Shown: positions 8,996 to 18,128, counted from the stretch's first letter. The stretch is 64,000 nt of DNA from Bacteroidales bacterium (GCA_050873385.1 JBNMIS010000001.1:20957-84956); one strand, 5' to 3'. A program made the numbers and translations. The notes: a model not told the origin generated them from the letters alone.

Positions 8996-10318
8996 ATGAA
9001 AAAGAACTTACAAAAGTTGTTTGCCGTACTGTTTGCGTGTACGGTTTGTTTCCCCGTGTCTGCCATAGACAGAGCACATACCCTAAAAGTTTATAACTGG
9101 GCAGACTATATTGACGATGATGTTTTGAAATCGTTCCCCAGTTGGTACAAGCAGATGACCGGGGAGGAAGTGGAAATCATTTACCAGACTTTCGACATCA
9201 ACGAGTCCATGCTTACCGAGATAGAGGTGGGACACGAAGATTATGATGTCATTTGTCCTTCGGAATACATCATAGAAAGAATGCTCAAACTGAACTTATT
9301 GCAAAAGATACAGAAAGCCGAGATTCCGGATTCATTGCAGTATTTCAACAATGTCGCCCCTTTTGTAGTGGACAAATTCCAGCAGATGAGTCAGACAAAA
9401 ACCGTATCGGACTATGCAACAGGTTATATGTGGGGGACGACTGGTTTCATTTACAACCCACAATGGGTGGAACGCGAAGATCTGAATTCATGGAGCGCCA
9501 TGCTTAATCCGAAATTCAAGGGAAAGATATATATGAAAGACGCTTTCCGAGATGTTTATTCGGTGGTTGTTCTGTATGCTTACAGAGACGAGATAGCAGC
9601 AGGAGAAGTGACTCGCGACGAATTGGTAAGAGAAATTACCCCCGAGCGCATTGCACGCGTGGAGGAAGTACTGCTGCAGGCAAAAGAGAATGTGGCTGGC
9701 TGGGAAGTAGATTTCGGGAAAGAGGAGATGACCAAAGGAAATACGTGGATGAACCTTTCGTGGAGCGGTGATGCGCAGTGGGCGATTGACGAAGCCAAGG
9801 AGGTGGGAGTCACACTTGAATACATCGTTCCCCAAGAAGGTTCGAACGTGTGGTTTGACGGCTGGTGTATTCCCGTATATGCGAAGAATCCGAAAGCGGC
9901 ATCGTGGTTTATCAACTATTTGTGCATTCCGGAAAATGCCATCAAAAACATGGAGTTTATCGGCTATGTATCCGTTATAGGAACTCCGGAAATTCTGGAA
10001 TGGGCCAATGATTCCACTGAATGGAAAGAAAGTGCGGACTTGAGTTATTTCTTTGGCGAAGATGCTACAAAAGTATATGTGAACCAAGTAATGTATCCAG
10101 ACAACAGCGTAGTGGACAAGTGTGCCTTAATGCACGATGCGGGTGACATGAACGAGGAACTGGTCCGTATGTGGAACCGCGTAAAAGGAGATAATCTTTC
10201 CATGGGAAAAGTAATCTTCATATTGGTTGTGTTTGGCGGTATCGTAGGTTTTGTAGTTTTCAGAATCGTCAAGAAGCGCCGTTTACAAACCAATTACCGC
10301 CGATGCAAGAAAAAATAA
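8996..10318 (+). CDS. potD: Spermidine/putrescine-binding protein with an extra C-terminal TM anchor
   Basis: Signal peptide MKKNLQKLFAVLFACTVCFPVSA and a PotD/PotF-like body (VYNWADYI.., GYMWGTTG..). It ends in a hydrophobic helix VIFILVVFGGIVGFVVFRIV followed by a basic tail KKRRLQTNYRRCKKK. Confidence 0.8.
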   Translation: MKKNLQKLFAVLFACTVCFPVSAIDRAHTLKVYNWADYIDDDVLKSFPSWYKQMTGEEVEIIYQTFDINESMLTEIEVGHEDYDVICPSEYIIERMLKLNLLQKIQKAEIPDSLQYFNNVAPFVVDKFQQMSQTKTVSDYATGYMWGTTGFIYNPQWVEREDLNSWSAMLNPKFKGKIYMKDAFRDVYSVVVLYAYRDEIAAGEVTRDELVREITPERIARVEEVLLQAKENVAGWEVDFGKEEMTKGNTWMNLSWSGDAQWAIDEAKEVGVTLEYIVPQEGSNVWFDGWCIPVYAKNPKAASWFINYLCIPENAIKNMEFIGYVSVIGTPEILEWANDSTEWKESADLSYFFGEDATKVYVNQVMYPDNSVVDKCALMHDAGDMNEELVRMWNRVKGDNLSMGKVIFILVVFGGIVGFVVFRIVKKRRLQTNYRRCKKK

Positions 10319-10382
10319 GGAAAAAGCGGATAGAAAATCGTCAAAAAATTCCATTGTCCTTTGTATATTCAGAAAAAGGCAG

Positions 10383-10390
10383 TACTTTTG
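10383..10390 (+). promoter_or_regulatory. -7 promoter box TACTTTTG for the small lipoprotein gene
   Basis: Exact TAnnTTTG match, 35 nt upstream of the ATG at 10425. Confidence 0.55.
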
Positions 10391-10424
10391 CAGCGTTATT
10401 TTTAATCATTGTATTAATACTAAG

Positions 10425-10634
10425 ATGAAAAAGATTTTATTTGTGGCTGCAATCGCTTGCTTAGCAATGGGTTGCTGCAAGAAAGCAGAAAAGGCTGAAG
10501 GTACTTGCTGCGAGAACAAAGAGTGCTGCGAGAAAGCAGACAGTTGTGCTGCTGAGGCAGAAGTTGCTGCTGAAGACACAGTTGTCGTTGACACCGTAGC
10601 AGAAGAGGTTGCTGAGGAAGTTGTTGCAGAATAA
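10425..10634 (+). CDS. Small (69 aa) Cys-rich, acidic putative lipoprotein
   Basis: MKKILFVAAIACLAMGC is a signal peptide plus lipobox-like motif. It is followed by CKKAEKAEGTCCENKECCEKADSC and an acidic, Ala/Val/Glu-rich tail. The gene has its own promoter box and a strong terminator. Confidence 0.6.
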   Translation: MKKILFVAAIACLAMGCCKKAEKAEGTCCENKECCEKADSCAAEAEVAAEDTVVVDTVAEEVAEEVVAE

Positions 10635-10653
10635 CTCCACCGCCTTAAACAAA

Positions 10654-10690
10654 ACGGCATTACTCGAGAGAGTGATGCCGTTTTTGTTTT
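10654..10690 (+). terminator. Strong rho-independent terminator
   Basis: 12-bp stem acggcattactc / gagtgatgccgt (one G-U pair) with a GAGA tetraloop, then tttttgtttt. An A-rich tract upstream could allow bidirectional function. Confidence 0.85.
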
Positions 10691-10802
10691 TACAAGAGCC
10701 TACGGAATGAATCCAAGCAGAAGGTTCTATTGGTTGATTGAGTTTACGAGTTCCAGATATTGAGTTCATCGTACCCATGCCAAGGAAGTATTTTACCAAT
10801 TT

Positions 10803-10875
10803 GACCTCCCGTCCAGGTCGGCTTGAGGTCTCGATGAGGGTTCGTATGGTCTCTGTTTGAAACTTACGGAGTTTC
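10803..10875 (+). repeat. Copy B of the interspersed 11-nt-unit intergenic element
   Basis: tcccgtccagg (10807) | tcggcttgagg (10818) | tctcgatgagg (10829) | gttcgtatggt (10840), then tctgttt and the hairpin gaaac-ttacgga-gtttc (10859-10875). Colinear with copy C over about 75 nt. Confidence 0.8.
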
Positions 10876-11017
10876 GGAGAAAAATGACAAAGCAGCAAGT
10901 AATCCTTGACAAATCATTTACTTCCTTATCAGCACCTCTGTATAAGTTTCACTCATTTACATTCTTGCCCGAAAAGAAGATATTTTGTGCAGAAAAGACA
11001 AATCGGAACCATCTCCA

Positions 11018-11063
11018 TGGGAAACAAATGCCCCCTCTGTCTCCATATTGACAGAAGGGGCAT
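11018..11063 (-). terminator. Terminator of the acyl-CoA ligase gene
   Basis: atgccccctctgtc (11028-11041) pairs with gacagaaggggcat (11050-11063): 13 bp with one mismatch and an 8-nt loop. On the minus strand it is followed by atttgtttccc. Confidence 0.6.
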
Positions 11064-11089
11064 CCAATAAACAACGATATTATTACGCT

Positions 11090-12997
11090 TTAGATTGACT
11101 CCATATTTTTTTCATTAAAAAGTGACTTTCCTTCCGCAGTGTAGGCATAATCAATACGATCCTGATAGAATGTCTCCACCTTGCCCCGAACAATCTTCAT
11201 AGTGCTATTGACCATGTGATTCTGCTCAGTGAAAGGCTCAGGAAGGACAACAATTGCCGCAGGCAACCAACGTTCAGGGAACATTCCTTCATGAACGCCA
11301 CCACGCCGATAAGCATCCACTTCATCCTGGATTTTCTGCAACATCAGATGCTTGCCTTCTTCCGTAGCAGTGTCTTTTCCCGCACTCTTAACATAGGCCT
11401 TCAGAGCGTCCTTATTGGGCACAATGAGAACTATAGTGTAAGGATCCTGGTTGTTGTGAAGAATAACCTGCTCAATGTATTTTGAGCCGTCGGTAAGCGA
11501 ATCTTCGAATCCTTCCGGACTATATTTCTCTCCATCGGAAGAGATAAGAAGAGATTTGAAGCGGCCCGTCACATAGAGATAGTCGGGATGCTGAGCCGTA
11601 ATGTATCCCATATCACCCGTATGCAGCCAACCATCCACGATGGTATCGGCTGTAGCGGCAGGGTTCTTCCAATAGCCAGCCATGACATTCTCGCCCCGAA
11701 TAACGATTTCGCCTTTCTCTCCCGAAGCGACCTCTTTTCCCTCGGAATCGCAAATCTTGATATCCAACGGCTTGACCACACGACCCGATGAACCAAAAAT
11801 GCAGTGTCCCGGTGCATTGGCACAAATGATAGGCGTCGCCTCGGAAAGCCCGTAACCTTGGAACATGGGTATTCCTATTGCGTTGAAATAGCGCTGCAAC
11901 TCAATATCGAGCAAAGCACCACCTCCGACAAAGAACTTCATACGACCGCCAAGTCCCTGACGAACCTGCTTGAAGATGAGTTTATCGAACAATGCCAAGA
12001 ACGGCCGTTTCCATGCTTGGCAAAAACCTCCACGATTGTAGTATTCCTTGTTGTAAGAAATTGCCATATTGAGAGCAAAATTGTAGAGTTTCTCCACGGT
12101 TGCCCCTTTCTTTTGTATTCCCGTTTCGATATTCTTCTTGAAATTCCGCGCCAATGCCGGAACGGACAACATAACCATAGGTTTGATTTCCTGTATGGCG
12201 ACAGGGATATTCTTCAACGTAGCCAACGCCGTTTTACCAACCGGTACCGTAGCAATACTTCCGCCATAGGACATCATTGTATAGAATCCTGCCACATGAG
12301 CAAAGCAGTGATCCAAGGGAAGGATAATAAGCATGACATCGTCCACATCGATACTGATTACAGAATGTGCCTGCTCCACGTTTGCCGTATAGTTTCTATG
12401 TGTCAGCAAGATTCCCTTCGGGTCGGCAGTAGTTCCGGAAGTATAACTGATGTTGGCATAATCATCCGGTCCCACGCTTTGATACCGCTCCTTAAACAAA
12501 TCACCATGTTCCTTCAGAAAATCATCACCCATCTGCTGCAACATATGCAAACCCAGTTCCTTGTCCTGCAACTCCACCGGATCAAGCACTATGATTTTTT
12601 CCAAGCCAGGCAACTCGTTGACAATATGCCGAATCTTGGACAACTGCCCTGCCGAGACAATTGCAAAACGGGCATCGGAATGCTGCAAACGGAACAAAAG
12701 ATCATTGCTTTCCTCCAACTTTATGCTCAAAGGAACATTGACGCCCCCTGCATACAAAATTCCCAACTCGCCAATTACCCACATATTTCTTCCCTCTGAC
12801 AACAGAGCCACACGATCGCCTTTCTGCAATCCCAAAGCCATGAGCCCGGCACCTATACGATAAGCCTCTTCACGCGTTTGTGCAAATGTTGTTTCTCTCC
12901 ACTCTCCATCCACTTTTTCTCTGAGGAACGTATGCTCGGAGAATCGGTGCGTATAACGCTCCACAAAGTCGATGATAGTAATTTTATTTGTTTCCAT
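11090..12997 (-). CDS. Long-chain-fatty-acid--CoA ligase (AMP-dependent synthetase family)
   Basis: AMP-binding motif YTSGTTADPKGILLTHRNY. Also GYGLSEATP and the later ...TGDMGY.. block. 635 aa. Confidence 0.85.
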   Translation of the reverse strand: METNKITIIDFVERYTHRFSEHTFLREKVDGEWRETTFAQTREEAYRIGAGLMALGLQKGDRVALLSEGRNMWVIGELGILYAGGVNVPLSIKLEESNDLLFRLQHSDARFAIVSAGQLSKIRHIVNELPGLEKIIVLDPVELQDKELGLHMLQQMGDDFLKEHGDLFKERYQSVGPDDYANISYTSGTTADPKGILLTHRNYTANVEQAHSVISIDVDDVMLIILPLDHCFAHVAGFYTMMSYGGSIATVPVGKTALATLKNIPVAIQEIKPMVMLSVPALARNFKKNIETGIQKKGATVEKLYNFALNMAISYNKEYYNRGGFCQAWKRPFLALFDKLIFKQVRQGLGGRMKFFVGGGALLDIELQRYFNAIGIPMFQGYGLSEATPIICANAPGHCIFGSSGRVVKPLDIKICDSEGKEVASGEKGEIVIRGENVMAGYWKNPAATADTIVDGWLHTGDMGYITAQHPDYLYVTGRFKSLLISSDGEKYSPEGFEDSLTDGSKYIEQVILHNNQDPYTIVLIVPNKDALKAYVKSAGKDTATEEGKHLMLQKIQDEVDAYRRGGVHEGMFPERWLPAAIVVLPEPFTEQNHMVNSTMKIVRGKVETFYQDRIDYAYTAEGKSLFNEKNMESI

Positions 12998-13027
12998 ATT
13001 TGATTATGTATAAATGGTTATTCACTG

Positions 13028-13035
13028 CAAAGGTA
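13028..13035 (-). promoter_or_regulatory. -7 promoter box (TACCTTTG on the minus strand) for the acyl-CoA ligase gene
   Basis: caaaggta on the plus strand, 31 nt upstream of the ATG at 12997. Confidence 0.55.
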
Positions 13036-13076
13036 GTCAAAAAAGACAAGCCCCCAAAACAGTCAGGCAAACGCAC

Positions 13077-14855
13077 CTATTCATCGGAGAAATGAACAAG
13101 TACATGGCGGTAGGAATTGAATATCTTGGATTTGCTGACAAAGCCCATATAGTGCTTCTCTGAGTCCACCACAGGAAGATTCCATGCCCCCGTATCTTCA
13201 AAGACTTCCATCACCTTTTCCATCGGCATGCCATATTCCAGGACAGCAGGAGGAGAGGTCATAAGTTGCCCTACCGTAAAACGATTGTACAAGCGCGGTT
13301 GAAACATGATATTACGCACTTCATCCAACAAAAGGACACCCATCAGTTTCCCTTCGGAATTAACAACGGGGAACGTATTTCTATTGCTGTGGGAGATTAC
13401 TTTAACCAACCCTCCCAAAGTCATATCGGGCGGAAGTAGCGTAAAATCCGTTTCCAAGACCACATCCATCTTCAGCAAGGTCAGTACCGAACGATCTTTG
13501 TTATGTGTCAGCAACTCGCCCTTTTGCGCCAAACGCATCGCATAGAGAGAATGGGGCTCAAAGAGCATTATCGTAAGATAAGACAAGACAGAGACAATCA
13601 TCAAGGGCATAAGCAGATGGTAGCCCCCTGTAAGTTCTGCAATAAGGAAAATACCCGTGAGAGGAGCATGCATGACTCCAGACATGAGACCCGCCATGCC
13701 TGCCAAAGCGAAATTGGCTTCCGATACATTCATCCCCGACAAATTGAGGAGATGTGCCACAATAAATCCCGTAATACTGCCGATGAAAAGAGAAGGAGCA
13801 AAGATTCCTCCCACGCCACCACCTCCGTTGGTTGCCACAGATGCCGCTATCTTGAAAAAGATGATGAGTGCAAGATAGCACAGCAATCCCCATTCATATT
13901 TCCCAACAGCCTCAAAGGGGCTTTGCAAAATAGTTTCCGCATATTTTCCGTTAAGGAGTTCGGTTATGGTATCATATCCTTCACCATAGAGAGGGGGGAA
14001 AAGGAATACGAGCAGACCTAACGTACAGCCTCCGAGGACAACTTTCAAAGAGGTCTGACGGATGTTCTTGAACTTCCCCTCCAAGTAGTTCATACCTCTC
14101 GTAAAATAGAGGGAGACCATTCCACAAACGACGCCCAGCAAAAGGAAAAAAGGAATACGTTCCACCGCAAAAGGTTCGATAACCGTCAACGGGAACATCG
14201 GCTCCATCCCCGAAAAGATATATGTGAACGCCGTAGCCGTTGTGCTGGCAATGATTAAAGGAGAGACGGACGCCATGGTGAGATCAATCATCAAGACCTC
14301 CAACGTGAAGACAAGACCCGCTATGGGAGCCTTGAAAATGCCACCAATGGCACCAGCCGCCCCACAGGCGATCATCAACATCATCGTCTTCTGGTCAAGA
14401 CGGAAGAACTTGGCAAGATTGGAACCTATAGCGGCTCCCGTAAGAACAATAGGAGCCTCCGCACCGACAGACCCACCAAAACCTATCGTGATGGAACTAC
14501 CGACAATACTACTCCACATATTGTGCGGCTTGATGATGGATTTACGTTGGGAAATGGCATAAAGAATCTTGGTGATACCGTGCGAAATATCGTCGCGCAC
14601 CACATACTTAACGAAGAGTGCCGAAAGGGCGATGCCTATCGTAGGACACACAAGATACCAGAAAGTATGCCCCGTGGCAATGATATTACTTTCGATGAAA
14701 TGCTGGAAAAAATGTATCAGCGTCTTCAGAACAAGTGCCGCAACAGAAGAGAAAAAGCCCACGAAGAAACTTAGCAGCAATATAAAATGCCGCTCCTGAA
14801 TGTGATCCTCTCTCCATTGGATCATTCTGTTATATAGTTTACTGTCCCTCACCAT
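13077..14855 (-). CDS. ClC-family voltage-gated chloride channel / H+-Cl- antiporter with C-terminal CBS pair
   Basis: ClC motifs GGSVGAEAP, GIFKAPIAG and GGIFAPSLFIG, with a CBS-like C-terminus. A second ATG at 14825 (MIQWRED...) would avoid the 17-nt overlap with the upstream gene. Confidence 0.85.
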   Translation of the reverse strand: MVRDSKLYNRMIQWREDHIQERHFILLLSFFVGFFSSVAALVLKTLIHFFQHFIESNIIATGHTFWYLVCPTIGIALSALFVKYVVRDDISHGITKILYAISQRKSIIKPHNMWSSIVGSSITIGFGGSVGAEAPIVLTGAAIGSNLAKFFRLDQKTMMLMIACGAAGAIGGIFKAPIAGLVFTLEVLMIDLTMASVSPLIIASTTATAFTYIFSGMEPMFPLTVIEPFAVERIPFFLLLGVVCGMVSLYFTRGMNYLEGKFKNIRQTSLKVVLGGCTLGLLVFLFPPLYGEGYDTITELLNGKYAETILQSPFEAVGKYEWGLLCYLALIIFFKIAASVATNGGGGVGGIFAPSLFIGSITGFIVAHLLNLSGMNVSEANFALAGMAGLMSGVMHAPLTGIFLIAELTGGYHLLMPLMIVSVLSYLTIMLFEPHSLYAMRLAQKGELLTHNKDRSVLTLLKMDVVLETDFTLLPPDMTLGGLVKVISHSNRNTFPVVNSEGKLMGVLLLDEVRNIMFQPRLYNRFTVGQLMTSPPAVLEYGMPMEKVMEVFEDTGAWNLPVVDSEKHYMGFVSKSKIFNSYRHVLVHFSDE

Positions 14856-16215
14856 CTACAATTACACGGATTGTATAGAACAAAATCTTCAGGTCCAAGA
14901 GCAACGACATGTTCTCCATATACACCATATCGAAGTTGAGGCGGTCAATCATTTTCGCGATGGTGTCGGTATAGCCTACACGTATAGGTCCCCATGAGGT
15001 AAGCCCCGGACGAATCTTATAAAGAAGACAATAGTATGGCGCCTGCTGCATGATCTGCTGAATGTAGTAAGAACGCTCAGGACGAGGTCCGACAACAGAC
15101 ATATCCCCACGCAAAACATTCCAGAACTGCGGCAACTCATCCAGCCGATATTTTCTCAACCAATGCCCGACAGGCGTGACACGATCATCGTCAGGAGATG
15201 TCAACCGAGGCAGTTGCATCTCAGCATTATTCTTCATTGTGCGGAACTTCCATATCATGAACGGACGTCCATACAATCCGATGCGTTCCTGCTTGTAAAT
15301 GACAGGACCAGAAGAAGTGGTTTTGACCAAAACAGCAATCAGCAGACAGAGCGGCGACAGCACTACAAGACAGAACAAAGAGACAACCACATCCGCAGCA
15401 CGCTTAATACAAATTTGCCAATCGCTCATAGAGGGATCGGTGATCGTAACCAACGGAGTACCGGCAAGATCGGTGATGCGCGCCGCCCCAATCAGCATAT
15501 CATAGACACTCGGTGTGAAACTAATCTCGACCTGAAGAGGGTATATCCTGTTAATCAATTGATACAAGAGTTCCTTGGAGACGTCGCTATCAACGGCTAT
15601 TATCACACGCTGAATCTTTTCCGAGAGTATCGTATCGGACAGCCTATCCAAGTCAGACAACGCGAGGAAAGAAATGTCTTCATCACTATGAAGATCCCGA
15701 GCAATCCGGTGCGCCATTCCGTCTTCCCCGACAATCAGGGTACGCGTTTGCAATGCTCCTTTTTTCAACTCAATGTAATCGCTCAGTCTTACGCACAAAC
15801 GCAGGGACACAGACACTACAAACTGGAGAGAAAAAAGCACCACCAGAGACAAATAATAGTCGGTGTAATCGTTGATTTTGTCATTGATTATGATGCAAAA
15901 GAACGCCACGATACTGATTATGAATGCACAGACGAGCGTATTCCCCACGACTTGCGCAATACGTTTATGCTGCGGCTGCGGGCGGAGATAGAATCCTGAG
16001 AGGTAGTACAAGACGACACATCCAAAAGGATAGAGCAACAAGGGCTGATAGAAATTAAAGGCGGGTATAAGCACCGTATCAACGCCAAAGATACGTCCTT
16101 CATACACCAGCCAGCGGAACAACAAGAAGAGAAGCCAAACACACTCTGCAGACAACAAATCAACCAGAACATATTTCAGTTGTTGTTTCCGATATATTGC
16201 TTTTGGGGACATCAT
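14839..16215 (-). CDS. Polyprenyl-phosphate glycosyl-1-phosphate transferase (WbaP/EpsB-like bacterial sugar transferase)
   Basis: N-terminal TM helices and a C-terminal sugar-transferase domain (..LDELPQFWNVLRGDMSVVGPRPERSYY..). The listed ORF starts at a TTG (16230); the first ATG pair (MMSPK) is at 16215. Confidence 0.8.
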   Translation of the reverse strand: MMSPKAIYRKQQLKYVLVDLLSAECVWLLFLLFRWLVYEGRIFGVDTVLIPAFNFYQPLLLYPFGCVVLYYLSGFYLRPQPQHKRIAQVVGNTLVCAFIISIVAFFCIIINDKINDYTDYYLSLVVLFSLQFVVSVSLRLCVRLSDYIELKKGALQTRTLIVGEDGMAHRIARDLHSDEDISFLALSDLDRLSDTILSEKIQRVIIAVDSDVSKELLYQLINRIYPLQVEISFTPSVYDMLIGAARITDLAGTPLVTITDPSMSDWQICIKRAADVVVSLFCLVVLSPLCLLIAVLVKTTSSGPVIYKQERIGLYGRPFMIWKFRTMKNNAEMQLPRLTSPDDDRVTPVGHWLRKYRLDELPQFWNVLRGDMSVVGPRPERSYYIQQIMQQAPYYCLLYKIRPGLTSWGPIRVGYTDTIAKMIDRLNFDMVYMENMSLLLDLKILFYTIRVIVDGEGQ

Positions 16216-16236
16216 ACAGAGAAAAGGCAAACTATC

Positions 16237-16824
16237 TCAGGCTCTAATGATATGGAAAACATTCCCCTCTCCAATTTTAATAACGGACGAAGGCAAGGGT
16301 TCACTCAAATCGTTCCGTCTATAGCGCACCACATAATCCACAGAACCGAGAACCTGTTGTGTTATTTCTCCAAAATTTCTTGCAGCCGGCTCCCCGCTGA
16401 CATTAGCAGAAGTGGAAACAAGCGGTGCATGCAATGCTTCACAGAGTTTTCTGGAGAACAATTCGTTCGTAATACGGATACCGATGCTGCCATCCGCCGC
16501 CAAAAGATTATGCGCCAGATTACGCCCTTTCGGATAAACAATCGTCAGAGGACGTGTAGCACAGTCCATCAAATCCCAAGCAATCGAAGGAATATCTTCG
16601 ACATATCCCTGCAATTTGCCCGGCGCATCCAAAAGGCACAACATTGCCTTGGAATCGGAACGCTGCTTAATAGAATAGATACGCTCCACCGCCTTCGGAT
16701 TGGTGGCATCGCACCCTATTCCCCAGACCGTGTCGGTAGGATAAAGTATCACACCGCCAGCCCGAAGCACAGACAAGGCTTCCCTGAAGTCATCCAAATC
16801 GTATTTTTCGGCTATCTTATCCAT
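16237..16824 (-). CDS. tsaC: L-threonylcarbamoyladenylate synthase (YrdC/Sua5 family)
   Basis: YPTDTVWGIGCDATN and SANVSGEP motifs. The ATG at 16824 (MDKIAEKY...) avoids overlap with rfbB; the ORF continues to 16872. Confidence 0.8.
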   Translation of the reverse strand: MDKIAEKYDLDDFREALSVLRAGGVILYPTDTVWGIGCDATNPKAVERIYSIKQRSDSKAMLCLLDAPGKLQGYVEDIPSIAWDLMDCATRPLTIVYPKGRNLAHNLLAADGSIGIRITNELFSRKLCEALHAPLVSTSANVSGEPAARNFGEITQQVLGSVDYVVRYRRNDLSEPLPSSVIKIGEGNVFHIIRA

Positions 16825-16840
16825 AAGTATTCCTGAAGCA

Positions 16841-17902
16841 CTATCCTTTATTTCCCCCATACATACGTTCATAATAGGACTGATAGTCGCCAGACGTCAC
16901 ATGGTCCAACCATTCCTGATTAGCAAGATACCAATCCACAGTCCGAGCCAATCCCTCCTCGAAAGTCACACAAGGTTGCCACCCCAATTCCTGCTGTAGT
17001 TTGGAAGAATTGATAGCGTAGCGGAGGTCGTGTCCTGCACGATCGGTTACAAACGTAATCAGATTTTCCGAAGTACCGGCAGGACGTCCCAATCTGTCAT
17101 CCATAATCTTACACAAGCGGCGAACAAGTTCTATATTGGTTTTTTCGTTATTACCACCAATGTTATATGTTTCTCCATCTTTCCCTTCATGGAAAATCAA
17201 ATCAATTGCGGCTGCATGATCCTCAACAAAAAGCCAATCACGCACATTCTCTCCCGTACCGTAAACAGGAATAGCCCGATTGTGCTGGATGTTGTTTATC
17301 ACCAATGGTATCAGTTTCTCAGGGAACTGGTGTGAGCCATAATTGTTAGAGCAATTGGAAATCACCACAGGGAGACCATAGGTATCATGGAAAGCGCGGA
17401 CAAAGTGATCGGAGGATGCCTTTGCCGCAGAATACGGTGAATGCGGCTGATAACGGGTTGTCTCCGTAAAAGAAGCGTCGCCTTTCTGCAATGCGCCATA
17501 CACCTCATCGGTAGAGATATGATAGAAGCGTTTTCCCCTGTAATCATTTTTCCAAGCATTTTTTGCCGCCAAAAGAAGATTACACGTACCAAACACATTT
17601 GTACGCACAAAAGCAAACGGGTCGGCGATACTTCTGTCGACATGACTTTCAGCAGCCAGATGAATGATTCCATCGGGGTTATATTGAGAAAACAACTGAT
17701 TGATCCGCTGCTCATCCGTAATATCGGCTTTCTCGAAAATATAGTTGGGCAAAGCGTCCACATCCTTCAGGTTTTCAAGATTACCCGCATAAGTAAGGAC
17801 ATCAATGTTTACGATTCTATAATCGGGATAACGTTGAACAAAGCGCCGTACCACATGTGAACCAATGAAGCCTGCGCCTCCTGTTATGAATATCGTTTTC
17901 AT
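16841..17902 (-). CDS. rfbB: dTDP-glucose 4,6-dehydratase
   Basis: MKTIFITGGAGFIGSHVV Rossmann start, YSAAKASSDH catalytic YxxxK, and typical length (353 aa). Confidence 0.9.
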   Translation of the reverse strand: MKTIFITGGAGFIGSHVVRRFVQRYPDYRIVNIDVLTYAGNLENLKDVDALPNYIFEKADITDEQRINQLFSQYNPDGIIHLAAESHVDRSIADPFAFVRTNVFGTCNLLLAAKNAWKNDYRGKRFYHISTDEVYGALQKGDASFTETTRYQPHSPYSAAKASSDHFVRAFHDTYGLPVVISNCSNNYGSHQFPEKLIPLVINNIQHNRAIPVYGTGENVRDWLFVEDHAAAIDLIFHEGKDGETYNIGGNNEKTNIELVRRLCKIMDDRLGRPAGTSENLITFVTDRAGHDLRYAINSSKLQQELGWQPCVTFEEGLARTVDWYLANQEWLDHVTSGDYQSYYERMYGGNKG

Positions 17903-17927
17903 CGTTATGAAATAATGTTTATGGTTG

Positions 17928-17935
17928 CAAAGGTA
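17928..17935 (-). promoter_or_regulatory. -7 promoter box (TACCTTTG on the minus strand) for rfbB
   Basis: caaaggta on the plus strand, 26 nt upstream of the ATG at 17902. Confidence 0.55.
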
Positions 17936-18045
17936 GCATTTTCCCCATACTTATACAAATCCGCACAAAAAGAGCGTACGAGGTTTAACCGACAAGAAAG
18001 GTTCGGGATATATCCTATAATCCAAAGAGACAGAGTGACAGCCGA

Positions 18046-18128
18046 GCCGATCTCCCGTTGAGGGGTCGGTTAGGTCTCGATGAGGAATCGTATAAATCTG
18101 TTTATTGTTTCCGGAGAATACAGAAACA
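18046..18128 (+). repeat. Copy C of the interspersed 11-nt-unit intergenic element
   Basis: tcccgttgagg (18053) | ggtcggttagg (18064) | tctcgatgagg (18075) | aatcgtataaa (18086), then tctgttt and the hairpin tgtttc-cggagaataca-gaaaca (18106-18128). Shares the 17-mer tctcccgttgaggggtc with copy E. Confidence 0.8.

Noticed and set aside
10406-10660. 84-aa minus-strand ORF rich in Ser/Thr/Ala, antisense to the small lipoprotein gene.
   Set aside because: Its low-complexity translation comes from the GCN/GAR-rich complement. The promoter box and terminator are oriented for the plus-strand gene.
10829-10839. Hammerhead-ribozyme-like text in the repeat unit tctcgatgagg (CUCGAUGAG resembles the CUGAUGA core).
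   Set aside because: The core is not an exact CUGAUGA. There is no matching GAAA strand and no three-helix junction nearby. The same position varies freely between copies (gttgagg, cttgagg, gtcgagg).
10857-11051. 64-aa plus-strand ORF in the convergent gap after element copy B.
   Set aside because: It has no TAnnTTTG box and no recognisable motif. It runs into the terminator hairpin of the opposite-strand gene, so it was not called.
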